Notes under the pieces: model-generated
Seen by the model: only the letters and a program-made list of their open reading frames with translations
Told to the model about the DNA's origin: nothing
Databases searched by the model: none
Program-made: the position numbers and the translations under genes
Part shown: positions 29,872 through 39,182 of the stretch, one piece after another
Layout of the letters: every line of letters starts with the position of its first letter
How positions within the stretch are numbered: position 1 is the first letter of the stretch
DNA from: Candidatus Poribacteria bacterium
GTDB lineage: Bacteria > Poribacteria > WGA-4E > WGA-3G
Assembly: GCA_965242965.1 (NCBI GenBank)
Contig: OZ251518.1
Span: 2,208,001 to 2,272,000, forward strand
Direction: 5' to 3'
DNA: 64,000 bases

Positions 29872-31626
29872 CTATTCTCCGGAATACAACGCTTCAATCA
29901 CATCGGCGTAGCGTTCAATAATCACGTTCCGCTTCAGTTTCAGCGTCGGTGTCACCTCATCGTCTTCCTGCGTGAATTCCTTCTCCAGCAGCGCAAACCG
30001 GCGCACCTGCTCAAAATCGGCAAAGTCCGCCAACCGCTCGCGAAGTTCACTTTGGAAGAGCTGCTGCACCTCCCGCTTCTGAAGATTATCCGTTACAACG
30101 CTATTCTCTCCGCCCCACTCCTTAAGTGCATCAAAATTCGGGACGAGCAGCGCGGCGAGGTTTTTCTGCTCGCTGCCCAGCACCAAAACCTGGCTGATAA
30201 ACGGGCTCCGTATCAATTCACTCTCTATCGGCTGCGGTGCCACATTCTTGCCGTTTGACAGCACGATGATGTTCTTCTTCCTATCGGTAATCTTCACGAA
30301 CCCATCTTCATCAATCACGCCGATGTCGCCGGTGTGAAACCATCCGTCTGCGTCAATCACCTCGTCGGTAGCATCGGGGTTGTTGAAATAACCCTTCATC
30401 ACGTGCGGGCCGCGCGTCAAAATCTCACCATCTTCGGCGATGCGCACCTCCACCCCGGGGACAGGCGTGCCGACGGTGCCGAATTGCCACTTCGCGGGAT
30501 GGTTCATGCTAATGACAGGCGAGGTTTCGGTGAGTCCGTATCCTTCCAAAATCAGAATGCCTGCGGCGTGAAAGAATTCAGCGATGGATTGCGGTAACGC
30601 CGCGCCGCCGGAGATGAAAAATCGCAGTCGTCCGCCTGTCGCCGCCTTCAATTTTGCGAAGACCAGCTTGTCGGCGATGCCTGCCTGCAGTTGCAAAAGT
30701 GCGGAGGGTTTCTTACCTTGCTGCATCGCCGCGCTGCAAGCCGAACCAACGCCGACTCCCCAATGGAAAATCTTCTGTTTCAGCGATGAACCGGCGCGCA
30801 CCGCACGCAGGATACGTTCGTGCATCGTTTCATAGAGACGCGGCACACTGAGCATCAATGTCGGCGCGATGTCCTGCATATTCGCCGCCACCGTCAATAC
30901 GCTTTCGGCGTAGGCAATCTTCGCGCCGGAGAAAAGCGGCACATAATGCCCGCCGAGCCGTTCAAACACATGCGACAGTGGTAGGAACGACAACAGTACA
31001 TCTTCCGCTCCGACATCAACAAGCGATTTGCACGCCTCGACATTTGAGATGAAATTAGCGTGCGTCAGCATCACCCCCTTCGGTTCGCCTGTCGTGCCGG
31101 AGGTATAAATAATCGTGGCGATGTCCTCTTCGTCCGTAAGCGCGCCCTCCAAGTCCCGATGCTTTTCCCCATCAACCGCGCTACAGAGGGCATCAAAAGC
31201 AATAACACCGGGAGGGAGTTCCTCTTCCGTTGAATCAAACAGAATAATCTGCTCCAGCGTTGGAACATCCGCAACTTTCTCCAACTGCTTTTTCGTAGAA
31301 ACACAAGCAATTTTCGCGCCAGAATCTTTCAGAATGTAGCCGACCTGCGGGGCTGTCAACGTCGAAAACATCGGCACGGTGATAGCCCCCGCGGCAAGGG
31401 TGCCGAAGTCAGCGATTGCCCACTCCGGTCTGTTCTCCGATAGAATCGCCACTCTGTCTTCCTTCACAACGCCGAGTGAGTTGAGCCCGTTCCGGAACGC
31501 CGCAACCGATTCGCCGAGGGCAGTGTAAGAAATGTCCTGATAGGTGCCCCCTTTCGGCTTGAACGCCAGCGCGGGCTTGTCTCCGTAATGCTGGATGGCG
31601 TGCTCCAACCTAGAAGTGAGTGTCAT
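29872..31626 (-). CDS. Long-chain fatty acid--CoA ligase
   Basis: IIYTSGTTGEPKG, EGYGLTE, WFHTGDIG, DRKK. Confidence 0.92.
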   Translation of the reverse strand: MTLTSRLEHAIQHYGDKPALAFKPKGGTYQDISYTALGESVAAFRNGLNSLGVVKEDRVAILSENRPEWAIADFGTLAAGAITVPMFSTLTAPQVGYILKDSGAKIACVSTKKQLEKVADVPTLEQIILFDSTEEELPPGVIAFDALCSAVDGEKHRDLEGALTDEEDIATIIYTSGTTGEPKGVMLTHANFISNVEACKSLVDVGAEDVLLSFLPLSHVFERLGGHYVPLFSGAKIAYAESVLTVAANMQDIAPTLMLSVPRLYETMHERILRAVRAGSSLKQKIFHWGVGVGSACSAAMQQGKKPSALLQLQAGIADKLVFAKLKAATGGRLRFFISGGAALPQSIAEFFHAAGILILEGYGLTETSPVISMNHPAKWQFGTVGTPVPGVEVRIAEDGEILTRGPHVMKGYFNNPDATDEVIDADGWFHTGDIGVIDEDGFVKITDRKKNIIVLSNGKNVAPQPIESELIRSPFISQVLVLGSEQKNLAALLVPNFDALKEWGGENSVVTDNLQKREVQQLFQSELRERLADFADFEQVRRFALLEKEFTQEDDEVTPTLKLKRNVIIERYADVIEALYSGE

Positions 31627-31890
31627 AAGGTTTGTCTCCTGCTATAATGTCACGCTTGAATCCCATTGAATCCCGTAGGGCGAGGGCCTGTCCCTCGCCG
31701 TGTCATAGGGCGCGGGAAACCTATCCCTCGCCATGTCATATTTTACCATAGGCACCGGAGATGTGTCAAGTTCAATTGCAGAACTTCTGTCACGGGTTTC
31801 CCAAAGACAATCAAAATAACCCCTTGACTTCGGCGTAGATTTTATGATAAAATAGAAAATATGAAAATCAACGATGAGGAAAAACGCATT

Positions 31891-33630
31891 ATGGAAAACC
31901 GCCATCGAAAAACGTTTGGAACGCGCGGCCCCGTGAACTCAAACGAGCATTATGTTGTCTCGCGCGCGGAGGAACTCGCCGATTTTATCAACCGCGTGAA
32001 AGAGGGACGCTACATCGTCCTCTTCGCGCCGCGCCAAACGGGGAAGACGACGTTCTTCTACAACGCGCTTGACGCACTCGTCGCCGAGGAATCGGACTAT
32101 TTCCCGATCCAACTCAATTTTGAGGTGTATGAAGGCGTGGAACCTGCCGAATTTTACGCCGACTTCCACCAAGATATTCTGATGGAAATTGAGGACATGT
32201 TCCAAAAGCGCGGCATAGAACCCACTGCGGCGTTAAGCGAATTCTTAACGCAGGCGCAAATAACCAACCATCTCTCAATGGGAAGGTTTTTTGAGAAGTT
32301 GACACGTCTGCTCAGCCAGCAGGCAGCAGACGCACCCTTGCGAGGGACAGGTATTCGCACCACGGAATCTGGGGAAATAAACGGAGGAATCGCAGCCCCA
32401 CCGCGATTTCCTCGGATTGTCCTCATCATTGACGAATTTGACGGCATCCCTCCCGCCGCGGCGAAGGGTTTTCTTCACACTCTCCGCCGCATTTACCTCA
32501 CGCGAGGGGAGCGATGTATCCACAGCGTCGGCATCGTCGGCGTGAAAAGTATCAAGCAACTCAACTACGATAGGACTATCTCGCCGTTTAATATCCAAGA
32601 TGAGTTCGCTTTGCACAACTTCACACTGGCGCAAGTGGAAGAACTCCTTGGGCAATATACCGCAGAAGTCGGACAACCGTTCGCCGCTGACATGATTGCG
32701 GCACTGCACCGGCAGACAGGCGGACAGCCGTTCCTCGTCAACCGCCTCGCGCAGATACTCACCGAGGAGATGGCTATCCCGAAAGACGTGCCCATCACCC
32801 TCGCGCACTTTGCGAAGGCACACACTGCCATCCTTGAGGAAATTAACGTCAACATTGAACACCTGACTACCAATATTCGCCGAGACCGGCGGTTTCAAAA
32901 CCTCCTCATGGAAATCGCCACGTCGGAGAAAGCGGTGACTTTCAACCCGCGCAACGAAGTCATGCGTGAACTTGCAACCTATGGCGTTATCACGCAAGGC
33001 TCCGATGGGCAGTGTGAGATTGTCAATCCGATTTATCACCATCGCATCCTGCAGGCGTTCCAACCGGCCATCAACGGATTGGAGGACGATTACTTCCCCG
33101 AAGACACCGGCGCAGAATTTTCGGATTACCTCACCGCCGATGGACAGATTGACCTGACATCGCTGCTGGACAACTTCCGGGATTTCATCGCACGCATCGG
33201 GTTTCGGGTTCTGCAGGTGCCGGGCATTCCAAAGGAATCCGTTGGGCAATACCTGCTCGCCACATATCTTGATGCGTTTGTGCAGTTCGTGCGGGGTGAC
33301 ATGTATCTGGAACTGCCAACCGGCCGCTGTCAGATGGATTTAGTGGTGTTCCACAACGGCCGCAAATATGTCGTTGAAATCAAGGTATGGAACAGCGAGA
33401 AGCGGTATGAGGGAGGCAAACAGCAGCTGGCTGCCTATCTCAAATCGGAGGGGGTTTCGGAGGGCTACTATGTGGTGTTCGATCGCCGTGAAAACCCAGA
33501 ACCCCGCGTAGAGACGGAGACGATAGACGGGTTGCGGATTCGGAGTTATGTTATACCGGTGTTGCAGGAGCGGCCGTCAGATTTATCGGAGGAATTGGAG
33601 GGATATGGGACTTATACCAAATGCCGTTGA
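31891..33630 (+). CDS. AAA-type ATPase with C-terminal PD-(D/E)xK nuclease-like domain
   Basis: APRQTGKT Walker A, LIIDEFD Walker B, SPFNI, TGGQPFL; C-terminal MDL..VVEIK..QL..YL. Confidence 0.8.
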   Translation: MENRHRKTFGTRGPVNSNEHYVVSRAEELADFINRVKEGRYIVLFAPRQTGKTTFFYNALDALVAEESDYFPIQLNFEVYEGVEPAEFYADFHQDILMEIEDMFQKRGIEPTAALSEFLTQAQITNHLSMGRFFEKLTRLLSQQAADAPLRGTGIRTTESGEINGGIAAPPRFPRIVLIIDEFDGIPPAAAKGFLHTLRRIYLTRGERCIHSVGIVGVKSIKQLNYDRTISPFNIQDEFALHNFTLAQVEELLGQYTAEVGQPFAADMIAALHRQTGGQPFLVNRLAQILTEEMAIPKDVPITLAHFAKAHTAILEEINVNIEHLTTNIRRDRRFQNLLMEIATSEKAVTFNPRNEVMRELATYGVITQGSDGQCEIVNPIYHHRILQAFQPAINGLEDDYFPEDTGAEFSDYLTADGQIDLTSLLDNFRDFIARIGFRVLQVPGIPKESVGQYLLATYLDAFVQFVRGDMYLELPTGRCQMDLVVFHNGRKYVVEIKVWNSEKRYEGGKQQLAAYLKSEGVSEGYYVVFDRRENPEPRVETETIDGLRIRSYVIPVLQERPSDLSEELEGYGTYTKCR

Positions 33631-33828
33631 TTCGTATCGGCTCTGTAGGACAAAATCTCCCGATTTTGACTGTTCGGGCTCCCGATGTCACTCACATCGG
33701 AGGGTTGCGAGCCCGAACGACCCAGATTCATTTGGTATTCCCCCTATCTCCGTCCTCCGAACTTTGGAGAATAGCTTGAGGGATTGGGACATGGAGGTTT
33801 AATTCCGCAGCAACCGTTGAGGCGACAC

Positions 33829-35031
33829 CTATCCCTTGGCCGTTGAGGTCTGAACCTGCTCAATTGCATACTTAAAAGTTTCCTGATAAACGGTGCTTTT
33901 GAGTCGGCTTTCAATGAAAGTTTTAAGCTTACCAGCCTTTTCCGCTTCGCGCGCGCTTCGCGCCTCAAAGTTGAGGGCATACAGGTTATGACAAGCCCGA
34001 CGATGGATATGGTTTTCGCCATCTCGATCTTCGAGATAGTCTAGGTAGGAAAGTGCTTCGGCTTCATTGTGAATGTCCCGATCTTCTCCCTTATCCCAGT
34101 CTTTGATGGCAAACCCCTCTTCATCTATTAACTGCAGCAAACGCCTTGCAAAGTGACGGCGGGTTTCTTCATATTTTTTCTCGTCTTTTGCTCTCTCGCG
34201 AGCGGAAAACCGAGTCCAAGGAAAACCCGGTAATTGCACATTTTTGAATGCCGCGCTGAGGATCCATGTCTGTGAATCCACCGTGTTGGCACCGCAATAA
34301 AAAGCAAAGAGCATCAGCAGCGCAGAGCCGAGTGAAAAACAGTGGATATGTGCATCTGGGAACAGTTGCCGTGCCTTGCAAAGGATCTTAATTACCTTTC
34401 GTTTACTCCCGTTGCGCGCGAGCGGTGCCAAACTTCCGATGCCAACGATAGGAGGATCGTCCCCCCAGATCTTGACAATCTCCTCACAGCAACGCTTAAG
34501 AGTTTCGTCATCGTGGCCATGAAGCACCGGCATGAGTTGAAAGTCGCTGGGTAACTCCCCGTTACGAGAGGTGAATTCATCAAACATTCTACGGGTGTTC
34601 GCTAGCGTGTTTCCCCAACGGATGCTTATCTCTTCATCTGCGGATTTAGGGAGAAAAGGATGATCGAGCACGACAGATACATCCACCTCGCAGGCAATTC
34701 CAAGGTTCAGAACATCAAGCGCGTCAATGCTAATGTCTGCATGCTTCTGGAAGTTAAAGCCGCCGGAGTCAAGCATCACCGGTCCGTCAAACTTGATGTG
34801 CTCGTGAAGTTTGGCTTGCCCTTTTCGGATTTCCGATGCAACTTGCCGAGTTCGGTGATTTGCTAGAAAGTCGTAGGCGTTCACGAGGATGGCTTGGGTA
34901 CCCGTCATCTCCCACGGCGGAAGACGCAGGCCTGCGCGCGGATAATCGCCTACCCGATAACTCGCAAAAAGGTTCGGGATTTCCAAACGCTCCCTTGAAA
35001 AGACCTGTGAGTGTGTCACGTCCGGATCCAT
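33829..35031 (-). CDS. tRNA-guanine transglycosylase (TGT)-fold protein
   Basis: ILVNAY, MLDSGGF, VLDHP, PVLHG, GIGSL, HCFSLG, DSQTW, HNL; no CxCxxC zinc motif, no PUA domain. Confidence 0.8.
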   Translation of the reverse strand: MDPDVTHSQVFSRERLEIPNLFASYRVGDYPRAGLRLPPWEMTGTQAILVNAYDFLANHRTRQVASEIRKGQAKLHEHIKFDGPVMLDSGGFNFQKHADISIDALDVLNLGIACEVDVSVVLDHPFLPKSADEEISIRWGNTLANTRRMFDEFTSRNGELPSDFQLMPVLHGHDDETLKRCCEEIVKIWGDDPPIVGIGSLAPLARNGSKRKVIKILCKARQLFPDAHIHCFSLGSALLMLFAFYCGANTVDSQTWILSAAFKNVQLPGFPWTRFSARERAKDEKKYEETRRHFARRLLQLIDEEGFAIKDWDKGEDRDIHNEAEALSYLDYLEDRDGENHIHRRACHNLYALNFEARSAREAEKAGKLKTFIESRLKSTVYQETFKYAIEQVQTSTAKG

Positions 35032-36197
35032 TAAAGTCCTCCTTCTTCGACAATCTTTTTTACCCGGTCCCGCATTCTGGGCAAAAAATATCCAGGCAAC
35101 ACACCAAGTTGAGACCCCTCAACTTCTTGTCTCAACGAATGGTACTCCTCGGCGGCAATGTCCTTTATCATAGATTCTAACTCATGATACCGCCCGGGCT
35201 TCCCTTGCTTTTCGTGCTTCTTGAGATACGCCTCATACTTGTTTCGTCCACTGTTCAAGTAGTCTGACACGTACTCAATCGCGAGATTGAGGGAGTCAAT
35301 AGGTTGAAGATCTATCGGTTCGCCTAAGCGCCGCTCAATAGCCGGATATTGCCTAAGGTCTTTCGGTTCCGGAATCGTCGCGACGACAAAGAAGACGCGC
35401 TCCTTTAGCACATCAAAAAAATGCCGCAGGTCTTGCGCATACCGGGCCTGGCGCGAATAAGTGCGACCTTCAAAAATCTCCTCAAATTCGTCAAACAGCA
35501 GGACGATGCCGTCGCAAAGACCGAGTTCTTTTAACACGCCAAGCAACCCATTCAAGAACCGCATTGCGAGTGACGGACTCGTAATGTCAGAAGGGGGAGT
35601 CCCATCGTGAGTTAATAGATTCTTATCCGCGGATAGGAGTTTTTGCCCTTTCAGCCAACGCACGAAGGTTTCCGCACGCCGCTCACTGTAAATAGGGAAC
35701 AATTCACTCTGCTCAACGAGAGCTCTAACCGCTTTTAAGATTTCGGACGCGGGTTTAATTTCCGCTGAGAGTTCGCCAATCTTTCTCGGTGTCGTTTGCA
35801 AAATCGTCAGCAGATCTCCCAAGAATAACTCAGACAGCCTATCGACAATTTGTACGTGGATGTCAAAGTAACTCTCGCCGGGGTTAGAGATATAGATTGG
35901 GTGAAGGCTTCCAATGTATCTACTCTGTCTCGCTTCATCAGTTAAGCGTTCAAAGTAGCGCAGGATATTTGTCTTTCCTGCACCACTCTCCCCGTTAATC
36001 CGCAGCCGTTTTGCCGTTGAGGAGAAATCCTGCAGAATAGTGACAAATTTTTCTTTTATCTCACCTTGGTCGCTACAGACATCAAAACCTGTTTCACCGT
36101 AGCCCGGAAACGGATTTTCAAGGAGAAAATACTCCTCATAGGGATTGTCTACGGATTTACGTTGAAATAGTTCCTCAAAGTCTTTTTTGAGTGTCAC
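35031..36197 (-). CDS. P-loop ATPase
   Basis: ENPF, GESGAGKT Walker A, VLLFDEFE Walker B, IERR; GTG start overlaps upstream TGA. Confidence 0.8.
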   Translation of the reverse strand: MTLKKDFEELFQRKSVDNPYEEYFLLENPFPGYGETGFDVCSDQGEIKEKFVTILQDFSSTAKRLRINGESGAGKTNILRYFERLTDEARQSRYIGSLHPIYISNPGESYFDIHVQIVDRLSELFLGDLLTILQTTPRKIGELSAEIKPASEILKAVRALVEQSELFPIYSERRAETFVRWLKGQKLLSADKNLLTHDGTPPSDITSPSLAMRFLNGLLGVLKELGLCDGIVLLFDEFEEIFEGRTYSRQARYAQDLRHFFDVLKERVFFVVATIPEPKDLRQYPAIERRLGEPIDLQPIDSLNLAIEYVSDYLNSGRNKYEAYLKKHEKQGKPGRYHELESMIKDIAAEEYHSLRQEVEGSQLGVLPGYFLPRMRDRVKKIVEEGGL

Positions 36198-37117
36198 TTT
36201 GCCACCTCCCATCGAATCAATTTAACCAGTTTGCCGTTGACGCGCATCCCATCCACCAGATAGCGGTGCTCAATCCACTCCGGTTGATGTGACTTTCCAC
36301 CGAGGAGTTCAGCAGCCAGGCGTTCTCGCAGAATCTCTTTTCTCGGCCGTATAGAGATGATTCGGAAACGTCCCGAAACTACACGCCGAATCGTCGCCGG
36401 CGCAAGTCTGATTTCCCCCGGGCAATTTTCAACAAACTGGTTGAACTTCATCTCAAAAGCCTGAAAGGAGATCTGCAGTTTTTGACACACGCAATGTGCC
36501 AAACGCCCCAAGTTCGCGTAACCCGAAGTCTTATCTGCCTGATGATAACCCTCAATGCAGACTTCTTTGAAGTCTTCTAATGAGGGACGCGCTGCATCCC
36601 ACTCGCCACCCCAATAGAGTTCATCTCCAAACGGTGAACGGTAGGCGTGTCCCACCGCTACTGCCCACCTCCAAAAGGTGTCAAAGGCAACAAAGGTAAT
36701 GCCATATTCTTCCTTTAAGAAACGTCCCAAATTCCTTTTATCTGTCTTAGACTGACGCTGCGGAATCTGAATCTCTTTCTTGTCCTTCAGGCAATCAAGG
36801 AAACTTGCGTAAGGCGGATAATTCCTCAAACCTTCATTCATCGGCAACAAATGAGCTCCAGAGTCCCATGCGTCCATAAACGTACGATAATTCTCGGTAA
36901 GACCTAAGACACGAGAATTTCCAGCACTGGGTGTGATCCACTTGGCTGCCACAAAAACGCGCAAGATATCCCGCACCCGACGCTCAAGGTGCTTGACTCG
37001 GCCTTGACTCTCAATGATTTCGTGGAACGTATCCAGAGAGAGTTGGCTTTCACAACGACGGTGTGTCTCAATGCCATCGGCAACGGAAAGTAACTTGTTC
37101 ACCGAGATCGGATCCAC
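36194..37117 (-). CDS. Hypothetical protein, possibly tandem winged-helix domains
   Basis: Long ORF coupled to neighbours; helix/strand pattern suggests wHTH repeats (inference only). Confidence 0.6.
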   Translation of the reverse strand: MDPISVNKLLSVADGIETHRRCESQLSLDTFHEIIESQGRVKHLERRVRDILRVFVAAKWITPSAGNSRVLGLTENYRTFMDAWDSGAHLLPMNEGLRNYPPYASFLDCLKDKKEIQIPQRQSKTDKRNLGRFLKEEYGITFVAFDTFWRWAVAVGHAYRSPFGDELYWGGEWDAARPSLEDFKEVCIEGYHQADKTSGYANLGRLAHCVCQKLQISFQAFEMKFNQFVENCPGEIRLAPATIRRVVSGRFRIISIRPRKEILRERLAAELLGGKSHQPEWIEHRYLVDGMRVNGKLVKLIRWEVAK

Positions 37118-37120
37118 TTG

Positions 37121-38212
37121 TTATTCCCTCCGTATTTCTAGCACATCGTGTGCAAAGAATCCCGCCTGCGCTTCTGAATAGTAATTGAGTTCGTATGAAA
37201 GTTCCTCGTTCTTAAGGTGAATTGTGCTGAAGACCTGCGTCAAATCCCACAGTAGGTAGTGTATAGGCGTTAGCACCAATCCGCCGTTATGGGAGTCGTA
37301 TCGGACTGAACTTATCTCCTTAGGTAAGGATGGGACTGGGACACCGACATGAAGGCTGCCTTGGTCTTCCAAGGTTGCAAGCGAAGCCATATCCTTATCG
37401 CCGGTGAGCAGATATACACCCCTGTGAATCCCTCGGTCTCGCTTGAGGTTCTTCACGCTTTCAATAATCAGCCGATCCACTTGCGCGAACCTCCCTAAGT
37501 GTTCCGGAAGCGTGGTTAGCATTTCTACAGGCCGCCATTGGCGAATGTGGTTTAATTCGCGGCTAATGGCCGTGATCTGTGGGCGTTTCCCAAGCACACT
37601 GCAATTCTTAAGTTGAGGTTTCTTACCGTACCAGATTTCCTTCAACGCACCCGCCTGTCGCTGCACCTCAGTCATCACGAAAACCGGGACAACTGTCCAA
37701 ATCTGAACATCCCGCAGAGTTTGGTGAAGAAAAGATACTGCCCCTCGGCGCAGGGCGCTAGTATCAGCGACAAGCGTCAAGTAGCCGAATCTTGATAGCC
37801 GCTTCATCACTTCCTGAAACTGCATCTCAACAGTCTGTTCTTCCATAGTCTGTTCTTCCATCAGGCAAAACTCTGGACGGAGAATTCCAGTTCGGACTAG
37901 ACTATCGGCGAGTTGATTAGGAATAACGCTTAGGGCTTTCTCCACCCTCGCCTTCTTGGATTGCTTTTGCTGCCCCTTTTCTGCCAATGCAGAAAAACAG
38001 TTCTCAATCTGTTGAGCACTCACAGGACGAAAAGTGAAAGGAACAATCGGATAGGTTCGCGCCGTTTCCTCGGAGGCATCAATCGTGATGTCACCCAGTT
38101 TCACATATTCGTCTTCCGATAAATGAGTCCCATCTGTATAGGAAACTTCCCATTCGCCGCTGAATCGGTATTCAGCAATGAACTCATCTAATTTTAGAGC
38201 TCGCCTATCCAT
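37121..38212 (-). CDS. PIN-domain protein
   Basis: LVADTSAL, VPVFVMTE, DRLII, LLTGDKDM match the PIN acidic tetrad. Confidence 0.75.
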   Translation of the reverse strand: MDRRALKLDEFIAEYRFSGEWEVSYTDGTHLSEDEYVKLGDITIDASEETARTYPIVPFTFRPVSAQQIENCFSALAEKGQQKQSKKARVEKALSVIPNQLADSLVRTGILRPEFCLMEEQTMEEQTVEMQFQEVMKRLSRFGYLTLVADTSALRRGAVSFLHQTLRDVQIWTVVPVFVMTEVQRQAGALKEIWYGKKPQLKNCSVLGKRPQITAISRELNHIRQWRPVEMLTTLPEHLGRFAQVDRLIIESVKNLKRDRGIHRGVYLLTGDKDMASLATLEDQGSLHVGVPVPSLPKEISSVRYDSHNGGLVLTPIHYLLWDLTQVFSTIHLKNEELSYELNYYSEAQAGFFAHDVLEIRRE

Positions 38213-38612
38213 CAGAAATTCTCACTTCGTAGTCAGAATGCGGGGAGTGATTCTGCAAAATCTCCGTTACCACAGCAGATAAAATGGTGCTTGACTTCAA
38301 CACCGAGGTGGAAACACTCTCCGTATCTGGAGATTCTTCCGTGTCCGTTTCGAGATTTGTGAGTTGAGAAATCACCCGATCTTTTAACGGATCTGGCAGA
38401 TAGAAATCAACGGTCTTTGGACCTGATACGGGTTCACTAGTCTCCGGATCTATTGAGTCCAATTCCTCCACGTGCTTTTTAAGGCAACTCAAAGGAATTA
38501 CGACTGGTTCACTAAAATCCTGCCACTCCTGAAAATCAAGGATGGAAAGGTCTGGCACGTCATAAGGCTCGATTACTTCCTGTGATGTGCGATGAAAAAT
38601 TTCCACTTTCAT
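38205..38612 (-). CDS. Small acidic hypothetical protein
   Basis: First ORF of the island; GGAG RBS; stop overlaps PIN start. Confidence 0.55.
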   Translation of the reverse strand: MKVEIFHRTSQEVIEPYDVPDLSILDFQEWQDFSEPVVIPLSCLKKHVEELDSIDPETSEPVSGPKTVDFYLPDPLKDRVISQLTNLETDTEESPDTESVSTSVLKSSTILSAVVTEILQNHSPHSDYEVRISDG

Positions 38613-38642
38613 CCGGATGTTGACTCCACTTACTGAAAGAAC

Positions 38643-38671
38643 ATTTTAGCAAAAGTGCCCGATTTTTGCAA
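38643..38671 (-). promoter_or_regulatory. sigma70-type promoter of the five-gene island
   Basis: TTGCAA-17bp-TAAAAT with TG extension. Confidence 0.55.
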
Positions 38672-38818
38672 GAAAAAAATTCGGAAACCGTCGCTATCTA
38701 TTTTCTACAACAGAACTATTTAGTCATCCGGACGTTGCGCGGCTATAGCGAGTTCCCCGTTTGAACCGCGCGAGGGGAACCGAAAACCGAACGCTAAATG
38801 CATTCTGCTAATGAATTA

Positions 38819-38848
38819 ATTATACCACAAAAAGTGAATTAATGTCAA
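38819..38848 (-). promoter_or_regulatory. Consensus sigma70 promoter (distal)
   Basis: TTGACA-18bp-TATAAT with TG extension. Confidence 0.65.
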
Positions 38849-39112
38849 ATTTATTTCGGAAAAATCTGGATTCGCCGAAAATTGACACCCTTTAACTTTT
38901 TTCATCATAGTTTTCCCGATTTTCTAGACATCACATTCACTATTGACATGTTACGTTACCATAATAACACACACCCAACGCAAATGTCAAATTTTTCTTC
39001 TCAAAAATCCATTTTCCTTGCAGCTATTTTCGCTTTCATGCTATACTACTGCAAATCGCCACTGCCGAAACCAGGGTTTTTAGCAACTTTTTATCCCAAC
39101 ATCACAAAAAAA

Positions 39113-39141
39113 TTGCAAATTATTCGGAAGTGTGGTAAAAT
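39113..39141 (+). promoter_or_regulatory. sigma70-type promoter of the proteasome operon
   Basis: TTGCAA-17bp-TAAAAT with TG extension. Confidence 0.55.
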
Positions 39142-39182
39142 GTATTTCGTAAAGTCATCCCCTTCCGCCTGAGGAGACGTTC

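Noticed and set aside
33829-35031. Housekeeping queuine tRNA-ribosyltransferase (tgt) or canonical dpdA
   Set aside because: Lacks the zinc motif and typical bacterial Tgt N-terminus; no que or recognisable dpd neighbours, so no symbol assigned
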